Below, piece after piece: positions 46,957 to 56,626 of a stretch of DNA of 64,000 bases. The DNA lies in assembly GCA_937975685.1 (NCBI GenBank), contig CALJUG010000004.1, forward strand, positions 31,494-95,493. The letters are read 5' to 3'. The stretch's first letter is position 1. Every line of letters begins with the position of its first letter. Both the position numbers and the translations under genes were made by a program. The notes below the pieces were generated by a model that did no database searches, had not been told where the DNA came from, and saw nothing but the letters and a program-made list of their open reading frames with translations. Origin of the DNA: an uncultured bacterium (GTDB lineage: Bacteria > Planctomycetota > Planctomycetia > Pirellulales > PALSA-1355).

Positions 46957-47919
46957 ATGGCCATTCTCGTCACCGGCGCTGCCGGATTCATCGGCAGCCA
47001 CTTCGTCGAGCGGCTTCTCGCCGAACGCCCCGACGCGCGCATCGTGGCGCTGGATGACTTCAACGCCTACTACGACCCGGCGCTCAAGCGTCAGAACGCG
47101 GCAGGCATCGCCGGTAGCGAGCGCGTGACGCTCGTCGAGGGATCGTTCGGCGATGCGCGTCTGGTGGAAGACGTGATGACGCGGCACGAAGTGCGCGCGA
47201 TCGTCCATCTGGGTGGATACGCCGGCGTGCGGGCCAGCGTATCGATGCCGCTGGCGTATGCCGAAGCCAACGTGCAGGGCACGCTCGTGCTGCTGGAGGC
47301 CGCGCGGCTGCACCCGGTGGAGCGGTTCGTGTTGGCTTCGTCGTCCACCGTGTACGGAGCCGGCTGCGACGTGCCGTTTCGCGAGGACGCGCCGCTGGGC
47401 GTGCCGTTGAGCCCTTACGGAGCGAGCAAGCGGGCAGCGGAGATCTTTGCCGAGTACTACACGCGCATGCAGGGCGTGCCGGCCGTGTGGCTGCGGCCGT
47501 TCAGCGTGTACGGCCCGCGGATGCGTCCCGATCTGGCGATGCACGTGTTTGCCAGCGCGATTACCGCCGGGCGTCCGATTCCACTTTTTGGCGACGGCAG
47601 CTACCAGCGCGACTTTACGCACGTGAGCGACGTGTGCGCAGGGCTGCTCTCGGCGATGACGGCCGAGGGCGTGGTGGGCCAGGCGATCAACCTGGGGCAT
47701 CACAAACCGGTGGCCGTGGCCGAGCTGGTGCGGCTGCTGGAAGACGCCTTGGGGCGCCAGGCGAACATCGACCGCAAGCCGGCATTCGCCGGCGACATGC
47801 CGGTGACGTGCGCGGACCTGTCGAAAGCCGAGCGGTTGCTGGGCTATCGGCCGCGGGTGACGATCTCCGAGGGCGTGCGCGACTTCGTGGCGTGGTTCAG
47901 GGGACAAAGCACCGGCTGA
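46957..47919 (+). CDS. NAD-dependent epimerase (UDP-glucuronate 4-epimerase-like)
   Basis: 'ILVTGAAGFIGSHFVERLL', 'LDDFNAYYDPALKRQN', 'SSSTVYG', 'SPYGASKRAAE', 'RPFSVYGPRMRPD'. Confidence 0.9.
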   Translation: MAILVTGAAGFIGSHFVERLLAERPDARIVALDDFNAYYDPALKRQNAAGIAGSERVTLVEGSFGDARLVEDVMTRHEVRAIVHLGGYAGVRASVSMPLAYAEANVQGTLVLLEAARLHPVERFVLASSSTVYGAGCDVPFREDAPLGVPLSPYGASKRAAEIFAEYYTRMQGVPAVWLRPFSVYGPRMRPDLAMHVFASAITAGRPIPLFGDGSYQRDFTHVSDVCAGLLSAMTAEGVVGQAINLGHHKPVAVAELVRLLEDALGRQANIDRKPAFAGDMPVTCADLSKAERLLGYRPRVTISEGVRDFVAWFRGQSTG

Positions 47920-47959
47920 AGTTGAGTCAGCACCGCGCCGCCCCATCACGCTGCTCGTA

Positions 47960-48685
47960 TTATTGTTCGCCCATCAGCTTGGCGACGTGGGGCTCGATCG
48001 ATTCGGCCCAGATTTCGTAGCCCTTGGGGCTCAGGTGCAGCAGGTCGGGCATGACCTCGCGGGTGAGCGTCTTGTCTTCCTCGAGGAAATTGGGGCCGAT
48101 GTCCAGGTAATAGACCATCTCGTCGTCGGCCAGCTTCGAGGCGATTTCGCTGGCCTTGGCGTTCTTTTCGCGTTGCGGGCTAGGCTTTTCGCCGCGGGGG
48201 AAGATGGCCAGGATGAGGATCTTCATCTCCGGCAGTTCCTTGCGCAGCTTTTCGACGATGGCGGTGATGCCCGCGCCGATCTCTTCGGCCGTGTTGTCGT
48301 TGCCGTTGGAGTTGTTGGTGCCGATCATCAGCACGGCCAGCTTGGGCGAGATGCCGTCGATGTTGCCGTTCTCGAGGCGCCACAGCACGTGCTGGGTGCG
48401 GTCGCCGCCGATGCCAAGATTGGCCGCGTTGCGCTTGTCGTAGTACTTCTTCCAGACGTCCTTGCCGTTGCCTTCCCAGCCCTGGGTGATCGAGTCGCCG
48501 ATGAACACCAGGTCGATGTCGCCTTGCTTGACCCGCTCGTTGATTTTTTCGTGACGCGCCATCTGGCGAACGTGCGGCACGGCCTTGACGGTCGTGGGTA
48601 CGTCTTTGGCCACGGCGGAGCCGGCGGCAACAGCGGCCAGCAGGGCACAGGAAACAAGCGCGCGAAACGGCGAACGAAACGTCAT
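47960..48685 (-). CDS. Secreted SGNH/GDSL hydrolase (PAF-acetylhydrolase-like esterase)
   Basis: Signal peptide 'MTFRSPFRALVSCALLAAVAAGSAVA'. Block I 'FIGDSITQGW', block II 'LGIGGDRT', block III 'MIGTNN', block V 'DLLHLS'. Confidence 0.85.
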   Translation of the reverse strand: MTFRSPFRALVSCALLAAVAAGSAVAKDVPTTVKAVPHVRQMARHEKINERVKQGDIDLVFIGDSITQGWEGNGKDVWKKYYDKRNAANLGIGGDRTQHVLWRLENGNIDGISPKLAVLMIGTNNSNGNDNTAEEIGAGITAIVEKLRKELPEMKILILAIFPRGEKPSPQREKNAKASEIASKLADDEMVYYLDIGPNFLEEDKTLTREVMPDLLHLSPKGYEIWAESIEPHVAKLMGEQ

Positions 48686-48848
48686 GGCAGAAACTCCCGG
48701 GAGTGAAGTTGGCAGGACACCACCTGGTTTGGTCCGCCCAACAACCGCGGGCGGCGGTGCGGCATAAGAATAAATCGCCGCACGGGCCGTGAACAGCGTG
48801 GGGCGCGAAAATCGTCGCGCTCCTGTGGGAAACCCGCGTTTCGCGCGA

Positions 48849-50186
48849 TTATTGCAGCGCCCCGACTTCGGTGAAATTCGTGAACGAGTAGTTCCCCATG
48901 AAGGGGATCACACCGTAGATGCCGCGGGTGAACACCAGCTCGATGGTGTCGTCGGTCCAGAGAATGCGGCTCTTGGGCACGAGCACCAGGTCGTTGTCGC
49001 TGACCCAGATCTCGCCTTCCGGGCAGGGCACTTTGCCGAGCAGGGCGTTGCGCAAGTTGACCACCGTGGCGATCAACCGCCAGTCGTCGGCGCGGCGAAA
49101 CACAACGACCGAGCTGATGTGCGCCCCGACATTGTAGCTGCCGGCCAGGGCAATGGCCTGCATCACCGTGGTGGGCGCTTCCAACTCGTAGCGGCCGGGG
49201 TGTTTCACCTCGCCCAGTACGTAAACGTAGCGCGGAGCGCGGCGCGACAGCACGGGCACCACCTCGATGCCTTCGATCCGTTCGTTGAAGCGGGCGTTCA
49301 ACTCGCGCTCGAACTCGTCGATCGTCAGACCCTGCGCCGGCACCGACCCCACGACCGGCAACTGGATCGTGCCCTCGGGCGTGACGCGCCCGGGCAGCAC
49401 CTGCCCGCCGAAGCCCGAGCGGCCGGCGACCGTGAAGCGAAGGTCTTCGAGCTGCGTGTCGACCTTGACCGGAGTGACCGTGATGGCCGGCACGCGGAAG
49501 TATTTCTTGTAGTCGTTTTCCAGATTCTCGCGCAACTCCTGCACGGTGAGGTTCGCGGCGCGCACCTGTCCCAGCAGGGGCAGCGTGATCGTGCCGTCGG
49601 GCAACACCACAAGGGTGCGCTGCAGGTTCGTATCGGTGGCCGATTCGACGTTGAGCTCGTCGCCCACGTTGATGCGGTAGGCCGTGGGTGTCTCGTCGCG
49701 TGTGACACGGAACACGAACTCAAGTTGATCGTCGACCCGCAGGCGATAGGTCGACACGTGCGGCAACCGGGCCCGGCCCACGTACTCGCCCTGCGAGTAC
49801 TCCTGAAAGTCGGGCACGGGCCCCAGGGCCTGCCAGCCGCGCCGCGTGCAACAGGGATCGGTGCCGTTGCAGTCGATGGCCGGCGTCGGGTAGGGCGAGG
49901 CGGACGTCAGGTGCTGGCAGAGCTGCACGATGTTGTCGCTCGAGACGATGGGGATCTGCCAGGGATCGCGGCAATGGCTCGCGCTCTCTTGGGCCGCCGG
50001 CCGCTCGGCCGGCGCGGTCTCGCGCCCCGGCGAAACGTCGCCCCCGCCGCCCGCCAACACGACCAGTCCCCACAACACGCCCGCGGCGGCCGCCGAAGTA
50101 CCCGTCCACCAGCAGCGCTTCAGGATGGACGCTCGCTGGGTGTCTCCACGTGACAAACGCAAACAGGTGACGGGCACGCGCTTCAT
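48849..50186 (-). CDS. Polysaccharide export protein (Wza-like, Poly_export + SLBB-type repeats)
   Basis: 'YRLRVDDQLEFVF', 'LPDGTITLPLLGQVRAANLTVQELRENLENDYKKYFRVPAITV', 'PEGTIQLPVVGSVPAQGLTIDEFERELNARF', 'GEVKHPGRYELEAPTTVMQAIALAG'. A Cys-rich N-terminal region. Confidence 0.8.
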   Translation of the reverse strand: MKRVPVTCLRLSRGDTQRASILKRCWWTGTSAAAAGVLWGLVVLAGGGGDVSPGRETAPAERPAAQESASHCRDPWQIPIVSSDNIVQLCQHLTSASPYPTPAIDCNGTDPCCTRRGWQALGPVPDFQEYSQGEYVGRARLPHVSTYRLRVDDQLEFVFRVTRDETPTAYRINVGDELNVESATDTNLQRTLVVLPDGTITLPLLGQVRAANLTVQELRENLENDYKKYFRVPAITVTPVKVDTQLEDLRFTVAGRSGFGGQVLPGRVTPEGTIQLPVVGSVPAQGLTIDEFERELNARFNERIEGIEVVPVLSRRAPRYVYVLGEVKHPGRYELEAPTTVMQAIALAGSYNVGAHISSVVVFRRADDWRLIATVVNLRNALLGKVPCPEGEIWVSDNDLVLVPKSRILWTDDTIELVFTRGIYGVIPFMGNYSFTNFTEVGALQ

Positions 50187-50199
50187 CGGTGCTCTACCT

Positions 50200-51561
50200 T
50201 TAGCGGCGGGGATTCCAGGGCAGCCAATCGGCGACGCCGCCGCGGGCTGTAGTGACGGTCGGTTGCTCTCCGGCGGCCACGGGCGGCGCCGCGGCCGGAG
50301 CTTTGCCCGCCGGCGGCGTCGCGGCGTCGCTGGCGGGCTTGGTGTGGGCGAACGTGGCCGGATCGACCCAAGTCACCGCGGGTCCTCCGCGACCAGCGCC
50401 CTGCATCTCGAGCTGCGCCGCCTGGCCCAGCGACTTTTCGGCCAGCATGCCCTGGCCGAGCTTCGACTGGACGCTCGCCAGGTTGCGCAGGGTGGTGGGG
50501 TGCGGTCGCATCGCGGCGCTGCGCGACAACAGCTCCCGGGCGCCTTCGAGGTCGCCATCGTGAGCCAGGATCACGCCCAATTCGTTGGCCGCGCGGTAGT
50601 TGCCCGGATCGGCCACCAGCGCCGCGCGAAACAGCACCTGGGCCCGGTCGTTGCCTTGCAGATGCTCGGCGAGGCTGCCGTCGATGTCGGTCTGGGCGAC
50701 TTTGGCCAGCCCGAACAGTGCGGCCGATCCGCAAGGATCGCCGGCGGCCGCGGTGGCCAGCCGCTCGAGCGCGAAGTCGTGGTACCGCCGCAGGGCCGCG
50801 GTGGACGTGAGCCCGTCGGCGGGCTGGCCCTTGGCGATCGGCGTGCGATGACCGCTGGCGATGCGCGCCACGTCGAGCGGCTTGCCGCCGGGCCGCGCGC
50901 GGACGAAGTCGCGGCTTTCCTCGAGAGCGGCCAACCCTTCCACCAGGCTCCGCGAGTAGAACCGCGAGTCGTGCGCCAGGTCGTTGGCCTGGGCCAGCAG
51001 TTCCAGCGCCGCCACGAACTCGCCCTTGGCCAGGTAGATCGCATTGCGCTCGGCCAGCCGGAAGCCGTGCCGCACGCGGCGCCCCGCCTGCTTGATGGCG
51101 GCGGTCACTTCGCCACTGATCCGTCGCTCGCCGGTGGGCTCCACGGTCTCGGACGCCGAGGGCAGGCGCCGGCTGCCCGCGTAGGGCGGGGCGAAGCTGG
51201 TGGGACGCAACGACGCGGCGGGCTCGGCCGCGGGCGCAGGCTCGCTCGCCTTGGCGGGCGATTCGCGGGGCGCCTCGAGCGGCGCGGGAGCACGATCGAC
51301 CGGAGCGCTCTCGACGGCCGCGGCATCCACGCCCGGAAGCCTCGCGGGGGGCGCGTAAGGATCGGCTTCGGGCGTTTCGCGTTGGGCCACCTCGACCGGC
51401 TCGGCGGTGGGCGGACGCCAGGCACCTGGGGCCGCCTGCTGCAACTCTTCGAGCGGCGACGGCGCAGGCACAGCCGGGGCACTTTGGCCCGAATCGCAGC
51501 CCGCGCCCAACAGCCAGGGCGCGACGCAGAGCGCGCATGCGGCAAGCGTGTTACGATCCAT
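50200..51561 (-). CDS. TPR-repeat protein, probable lipoprotein
   Basis: Signal peptide with 'WLLGAGC'. A Pro/Ala-rich linker. TPR-like units ('ALVADPGNYRAANELGVILAHDGDLEGARELLSRSAAMRP'). It ends 13 nt upstream of the Wza-like gene. Confidence 0.7.
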   Translation of the reverse strand: MDRNTLAACALCVAPWLLGAGCDSGQSAPAVPAPSPLEELQQAAPGAWRPPTAEPVEVAQRETPEADPYAPPARLPGVDAAAVESAPVDRAPAPLEAPRESPAKASEPAPAAEPAASLRPTSFAPPYAGSRRLPSASETVEPTGERRISGEVTAAIKQAGRRVRHGFRLAERNAIYLAKGEFVAALELLAQANDLAHDSRFYSRSLVEGLAALEESRDFVRARPGGKPLDVARIASGHRTPIAKGQPADGLTSTAALRRYHDFALERLATAAAGDPCGSAALFGLAKVAQTDIDGSLAEHLQGNDRAQVLFRAALVADPGNYRAANELGVILAHDGDLEGARELLSRSAAMRPHPTTLRNLASVQSKLGQGMLAEKSLGQAAQLEMQGAGRGGPAVTWVDPATFAHTKPASDAATPPAGKAPAAAPPVAAGEQPTVTTARGGVADWLPWNPRR

Positions 51562-51835
51562 CGCAGGTCCGAAGGGTGCATCCGTGGCAACGCCGCGGCG
51601 GTCCGTGTCGCGGCGCAAAAGTCATCATCAGCCATCGACCAGAAACGCGGACGCTAGCGAGCGAATCAGCGACAAGGATCGAGCGCCGGGCGGCGCCGCG
51701 CCCGACTAGCCGTCAAAGAACGCGCGCGCCGAACGCGCCGTTCGCTATGAGCCGAATCAACCTTCTCGGCAGACGTTTCCGCTCCACAGGAACGCCCGGA
51801 GCAATCGCGCCGAGTCGCACATCCGCGCCGCGCAG

Positions 51836-52789
51836 TCAGGAGCCTTCTTGCCCCGCTTCCCGGGCCAGCAAACCTTCAAGATGTTCCGCGACGCAGCCGG
51901 CCAGCACGCCGGTGTTGTAGCCGCCCTCCAGCACGCTGACGACCTTGCCGCCGGCGTAGGTGTCGGCCACGTCGAGCACCGTCTCGGTCAACCGGGCAAA
52001 GTCTTCGGTCTCCAGGCCCAGCGAGCCGACCGGATCGTCGGTATGGGCGTCAAAACCGGCACTGATGATCACCAACTCGGGCTTGGTCTGCGCGGCGAGG
52101 CGCTCCAAGCCCGTGCGGAACGTGTCGAAGTAGGCCTCGCGCGCGGTGCCGAATTCGACCGGCAGATTGAGCTTGGTACCCAGGGCCTTGCCGGTGCCCG
52201 TCTCGTCGGGCCGGCCCGTGCCGGGATAGAAAGGCCAGCGGTGGATGGACAGGAACGCCACGCGCGGGTCCTCCCAGAAGGCCGCCTGCGTGCCATTGCC
52301 GTGATGCACGTCCCAGTCGACGATCAGCACGCGGTTGACGTCCAACTCGTCGGTCGCCGTGTGCGCGGCCACGGCCACGTTGTTGAACAGGCAGAAGCCC
52401 ATCGGAGCGTCGTGCAGGGCGTGGTGCCCCGGCGGCCGCACCAGGCACAGGGCCTGCTTGTCTTCGCCGGAAACGACACGCTTGACCGCGTCGGAGGCGG
52501 CGCCGGCCGCCAGCCGCGCCGCGTCGCAAGACTTTTCGCTCACCCGGGTATCGATCTCGATACGCCCTCCGCCCCCACGGCAATACGCCTCGACTGACTG
52601 CTGATATTCGGGCGTATGGACGCGCGACAGCCGCTCGGCGCTGGCCGGCTGCCAGTCGGGCCGGCGGCAACGCTTGTCGAGCCGGGTGCGCTCCAGATGC
52701 CGCATGACCTGCACCAAACGCTCGGGGCGCTCGGGATGCGTGCCGGTCTGGTGCTGGAGAAACAGGGGGTCGTAGTAGAGCAGCGTCAT
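51836..52789 (-). CDS. Histone deacetylase-family amidohydrolase (AcuC/acetylpolyamine amidohydrolase-like)
   Basis: 'RPPGHHA', 'GFCLFNNVAVAA', 'VLIVDWDVHHGNGTQ', 'ISAGFDAHTDDP', 'LEGGYN'. Confidence 0.9.
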   Translation of the reverse strand: MTLLYYDPLFLQHQTGTHPERPERLVQVMRHLERTRLDKRCRRPDWQPASAERLSRVHTPEYQQSVEAYCRGGGGRIEIDTRVSEKSCDAARLAAGAASDAVKRVVSGEDKQALCLVRPPGHHALHDAPMGFCLFNNVAVAAHTATDELDVNRVLIVDWDVHHGNGTQAAFWEDPRVAFLSIHRWPFYPGTGRPDETGTGKALGTKLNLPVEFGTAREAYFDTFRTGLERLAAQTKPELVIISAGFDAHTDDPVGSLGLETEDFARLTETVLDVADTYAGGKVVSVLEGGYNTGVLAGCVAEHLEGLLAREAGQEGS

Positions 52790-52958
52790 GGGCGGGTTTT
52801 CTCCAGACGTTTCTCAAGCGCTGGCCAGGCGCGATCCCGGGGCCTGTCGGCGTCGATCGTCACGGGCGTGCTGGCACGCAGCGTAAGCGGCTTAGCAGGC
52901 AGCACTTGGCGCGACCCAGCCGCGGGGGGCTGGGTCGCCCGGGGCGAACCTGTACAAC

Positions 52959-52988
52959 TTGACAGATTCGGCGCCGTCTTGGTATCCT
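52959..52988 (+). promoter_or_regulatory. Sigma-70-type promoter candidate (TTGACA-18-TATCCT)
   Basis: TTGACA at 52959-52964, an 18-nt spacer, TATCCT at 52983-52988. It lies about 100 nt upstream of the ATG at 53090. Confidence 0.3.
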
Positions 52989-53089
52989 AACGAGGGTAGA
53001 AATCTATCAAACCCCAAGCGTCCTTTCGGTTTGCGTGCGTCCGCCACGCCGCCTTTTGGGGGATACGGTCAGAGAGGTTTCGCAGTTTC

Positions 53090-54262
53090 ATGCACGGGCT
53101 CCCCACGCGCATCTCCGCAATCGGTGTGCAGGTATCCATCCTGCTGTGCGCCGCAATCGTTGCGCTCTCGCCCCTGGTGGCCCGGGCTCAGGCGCAACAG
53201 CGTGTGATGCCGAACGACGTGCGTCGGATTTTCATGGCCGGGAGGCTGAGCGCCCAGGACAAGCAAACGCTCACGAACTTCTACAAAGACGTCGTGACGA
53301 TCATGATGAAGCCCTCGACCGGCGACCAGGTGCCCGACGTACGTGCCAAGGGATACAAGAACCTCGTTCGCGGCGTGAACAAGAACCCGGCGCTGGACTA
53401 TGTCAACAAGATGCTGCTGGATGGTCTGTTCCGCGTGGCCACAAGCGGGTCGTATTCGCCGGCGGCGAAGTACAACGCCATGCTGTTCCTGGGCGAGCTT
53501 ACTGAAGAGAACGTCAAGCCGCTGCCCGAGGCCTTGCCCAAGCTGATGCTGGTGCTGACGCGGGCTCCGGCGAGCATGGACTATCTCAAGCCGGCGACGT
53601 TGATCGGCCTGAAGCGATTCGCTCAGGAAGGGGCGATTCCGCAGAACCAAATCGGCGCGGTTGCCGGGGCGATGCTGCAGATCGTCAACGAGACCGATCC
53701 GCCGGCGGGGCGCTCGGCCTCGGCCCACGCCTTCATGCGGCGTAGCGCCGCCGAGGTGCTGGCCGAGATCGGCCATCCGGGCCCCAACGGTGAAGTGGTC
53801 AAGGCATTTACGGCCATCGCCACTAATCCTAAGTCGCGGCTGTCGCTGCGTTGTTCGATGGCGCGGCTGCTCGGCGAACTGAACTATCCGGCTGGCTCGA
53901 AGATCGACGTGCAACAGATCGCCGCCACCATCGGTCGGCAGACCATCGAAAATTGTCAGCGCGAGGTCCAGCAGGCCGAGGAAGCCGATCGGGAACCCTC
54001 GCGCCGCGTGCTGCTGTACTCGCTCGACAGCGCCTACGAGGGGCTCAAGGGCCTGGCCAAGTCGGCCCCCAACGGCGAAGCCGAGACCTACATCCGCAAG
54101 TTGTACGGCACGATCTACTCGCTCTATCGCGATCTCGACGACCAGGAAAAGACGCCCGACGCCGAGCTGGCCGCAATGGTCAACACGGAGCTGCCGACCA
54201 TCGAGGAAGTGCTCCAGACCGGTCCTCCGGCGGCGTCGAGTGAGACGCTGGAAGCCGATTAA
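53090..54262 (+). CDS. Secreted alpha-helical (ARM/HEAT-like) protein, unknown function
   Basis: Signal peptide 'VQVSILLCAAIVALSPLVARAQA'. The rest looks helical-repeat-like. I recognise no catalytic motif. Confidence 0.6.
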   Translation: MHGLPTRISAIGVQVSILLCAAIVALSPLVARAQAQQRVMPNDVRRIFMAGRLSAQDKQTLTNFYKDVVTIMMKPSTGDQVPDVRAKGYKNLVRGVNKNPALDYVNKMLLDGLFRVATSGSYSPAAKYNAMLFLGELTEENVKPLPEALPKLMLVLTRAPASMDYLKPATLIGLKRFAQEGAIPQNQIGAVAGAMLQIVNETDPPAGRSASAHAFMRRSAAEVLAEIGHPGPNGEVVKAFTAIATNPKSRLSLRCSMARLLGELNYPAGSKIDVQQIAATIGRQTIENCQREVQQAEEADREPSRRVLLYSLDSAYEGLKGLAKSAPNGEAETYIRKLYGTIYSLYRDLDDQEKTPDAELAAMVNTELPTIEEVLQTGPPAASSETLEAD

Positions 54263-54342
54263 CGCCCCGGGGAGACAGGACGTCACCCTTCACCCAAACA
54301 CGATTCGCATTTCGCCCTTTCTCCAAGGCAAAAGGATTTGCC

Positions 54343-55494
54343 ATGAACGCCTCCCCAGGATGGGCCGCGGCGCCGTTTCGCTGCCGCCACGCTCTCGCGC
54401 TGCTCTGCACGCTCACGCTCGCGCCGTTGCTCTCCGGCTGTAAGACCGATCCCACGCACAACCCGTTTCTGGCCCAAGCGCCGGAATCGGAAACCGGCGC
54501 CGAAGATTCCGCGGCCGGCATGACCGACGACGAGTATGCCGCACCCGGCCACGCCTACGACGAAGCCCGCGACCTGGTCAACCGCCTGCAACAGCGCGGC
54601 CGGGAGTTGCAGGAGGCCACGGCCACGGCCACCGACGCGGCGCGTTCGCTCCGCGATGAAGTGCAGGCCACGGCGGTCGAAACCGGCGCCGACGTGCAGC
54701 AGACCGCCGCCGCGATGGCCGACGACGCCCAGGCCTATGGACGCGATCTGGCCCAGCGCTCGGTAGCCGACGCGCAAGCCGCGGCCCGGGCCGCCGGACG
54801 CGCGGCGCAGTTGCAGGCGATTGCCTCGCTCGAGGATCGACCGCTCGAGCAAGCCGGCCCGCTGCTGCTGGTGGCCATGTCGCAGGGCAGCCCGGAAGTG
54901 CAACAAGCGGCCGCCGAACAACTGGGCCGGCGGTGGGCGCCGGCGGCCAGGTATACCGTCGAATCGGTGGCCAGGGGTCGCCAGGCGGCCATCGAGCGGC
55001 TGCGGCAGGAGTGGATCGCCCAGCACGGCGAGATCAACGACGCGGCGCTGGCCGCCACTGCCCAAGCGCACCAACTCATCGATGGTGCCCAAGAGCAGCT
55101 CGATCACGCACAGGCCGTCGTCGCCGACACGTCGCGGCGGCTCACCGAGATGCAGGAAGCCGTGGCCGCGATCCGGCAGGCCAATCTGCCCGCTGCCGCG
55201 CGGCAGCAGGCCGCCGAAAAACTTGCCCAAATGGCGGCCGACGCGGACGCGGCGGTGCGGATTCGCGCCGCCCAGGCCATGGGCGACGTCGCCGATCCGG
55301 CCTTCATGCCCGTGCTGATGGGCCAGCTCGACGACGAGATGGACGTGCAGATCGCGGCCATGGAAAGCCTCGAGCGCATCGCCGGCCGCGACGTCACGGC
55401 AACACCCGATGGCCGCGCGCTGAGCACCGATGAGCGCGCACGCTCGTGGCAATTGTGGTACCGCGAGCAGCAGGACGCCGCCGGTTCGCCGTAG
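54343..55494 (+). CDS. HEAT-repeat lipoprotein, unknown function
   Basis: Lipobox 'LAPLLSGC'. Ala/Gln-rich coiled region. HEAT/PBS-lyase-like units ('AVRIRAAQAMGDVADPAFMPVLMGQLDDEMDVQIAAMESLERIAG'). Confidence 0.65.
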   Translation: MNASPGWAAAPFRCRHALALLCTLTLAPLLSGCKTDPTHNPFLAQAPESETGAEDSAAGMTDDEYAAPGHAYDEARDLVNRLQQRGRELQEATATATDAARSLRDEVQATAVETGADVQQTAAAMADDAQAYGRDLAQRSVADAQAAARAAGRAAQLQAIASLEDRPLEQAGPLLLVAMSQGSPEVQQAAAEQLGRRWAPAARYTVESVARGRQAAIERLRQEWIAQHGEINDAALAATAQAHQLIDGAQEQLDHAQAVVADTSRRLTEMQEAVAAIRQANLPAAARQQAAEKLAQMAADADAAVRIRAAQAMGDVADPAFMPVLMGQLDDEMDVQIAAMESLERIAGRDVTATPDGRALSTDERARSWQLWYREQQDAAGSP

Positions 55495-55505
55495 GGAGCG
55501 CGGGG

Positions 55506-56045
55506 TTAGGCGGCCTCGGGCACGAGCTGGGTGGTCGGCTTTGCGCCCAGTTGCGTGACTGCCGCATACAGGCCGAAGAAGCCGGCGGCGAACAGCACGT
55601 TGCTGGCCAGCGAGTTGGCCAAGAACGGCACGGCCACGGCGTAGCACCGGGCCAGTCCTTCCCAATTGTGCGGATACCAGAAGTACCACACGGCCAGGTT
55701 CGACAGGCCGTAGTGCACGAGCGACGAGGAGACCGCGCCGGAACCGACCGACAGTGGCGAAAGCCCGCGCCGCAAGACGCTGCGCCAGGCAATGGGCACG
55801 AACAGCGAGACGTAGACCGCGGCCATCATCGCCATGCCGTAGCCGCCCAGGAAGACATCGCTGATCGACATGGCCAATAGCGGCACGCAAACCGCCGTCA
55901 GCCGGCTGCGGAAGTAGAAGCCGGCGAACAGCGCCGCGGCCGTCACGGCGTTGAAGTTCGGCGTTTCGCTGACCAGCCGCACGGCCACGGCCAGCGCCAC
56001 CAGGGCCACGAACACGGCCGTCCGAATCGCTTGATCTCGCTTCAC
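55506..56045 (-). CDS. Polytopic membrane protein (about 5-6 TM) paired with the DUF4430 gene
   Basis: Hydrophobic throughout ('AVFVALVALAVAVRLV', 'AAALFAGFYF', 'MAMMAAVYVSLFVPIAW', 'NVLFAAGFFGLYAAV'). It may belong to the family I remember as DUF6580. That name is uncertain. Confidence 0.6.
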   Translation of the reverse strand: MKRDQAIRTAVFVALVALAVAVRLVSETPNFNAVTAAALFAGFYFRSRLTAVCVPLLAMSISDVFLGGYGMAMMAAVYVSLFVPIAWRSVLRRGLSPLSVGSGAVSSSLVHYGLSNLAVWYFWYPHNWEGLARCYAVAVPFLANSLASNVLFAAGFFGLYAAVTQLGAKPTTQLVPEAA

Positions 56046-56131
56046 GTCACCTGCTCCTCATTGCATCAAGAGAATCGCACGCCGCGGGTGCAGCGCCGGT
56101 GCGACCGAGTGGAAACGTCCCGTCGTGCCGC

Positions 56132-56626
56132 TCACCGATTGTAGTCGTATGCTTTGAACTCCCACAAGATGGCGTCGCCGGGCTCGAGGCGATAGGCCCC
56201 CACGCCCACGTCGGCGTCCTTCTTGTTGACCGAGTAGAGCCAGTTCTTGCCGCTTCCCTCGTTCTTCAGCTTGCCGATACCCGTTACCAGCGTGGCCGTG
56301 CCGCGCCCGCGCTTCTCGAACTTGACCCCGTGGGGGTGCTTTGCGGCGGCGTCGATCGCGTCGAGCACGGTCATCGAATCCTGCCAGGGCAGTGCGGTGA
56401 AATGCACCTGCACCCCGTCACCGTAGTCGACCACCATGCTCACGGTGTCGGGCTTGTCTGCCGCCTGGACCGTGGCGGCCGCGAACACCAGCAGCAGCCA
56501 TGCGGCCACCACCGGCAAGCGGGGCCTGGCACGATTTGCCAGGCGTGCTGAGCCTGGGTGTGCGAGCAAGCACGCTGCGGGGTCATGTGTGCGGCGAGGG
56601 GCGATCATGCCTGTAAGATGAGACAT
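56132..56626 (-). CDS. DUF4430-domain secreted protein
   Basis: Signal region 'LPVVAAWLLLVFAAATVQA'. 'MTVLDAIDAAAK ... LVTGIGKLKNEGSGKNWLYSVNKKDADVGVGAYRLEPGDAILWEF' is the DUF4430 pattern. The start is uncertain (ATG 56626 or 56608, TTG 56644). Confidence 0.7.
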   Translation of the reverse strand: MSHLTGMIAPRRTHDPAACLLAHPGSARLANRARPRLPVVAAWLLLVFAAATVQAADKPDTVSMVVDYGDGVQVHFTALPWQDSMTVLDAIDAAAKHPHGVKFEKRGRGTATLVTGIGKLKNEGSGKNWLYSVNKKDADVGVGAYRLEPGDAILWEFKAYDYNR

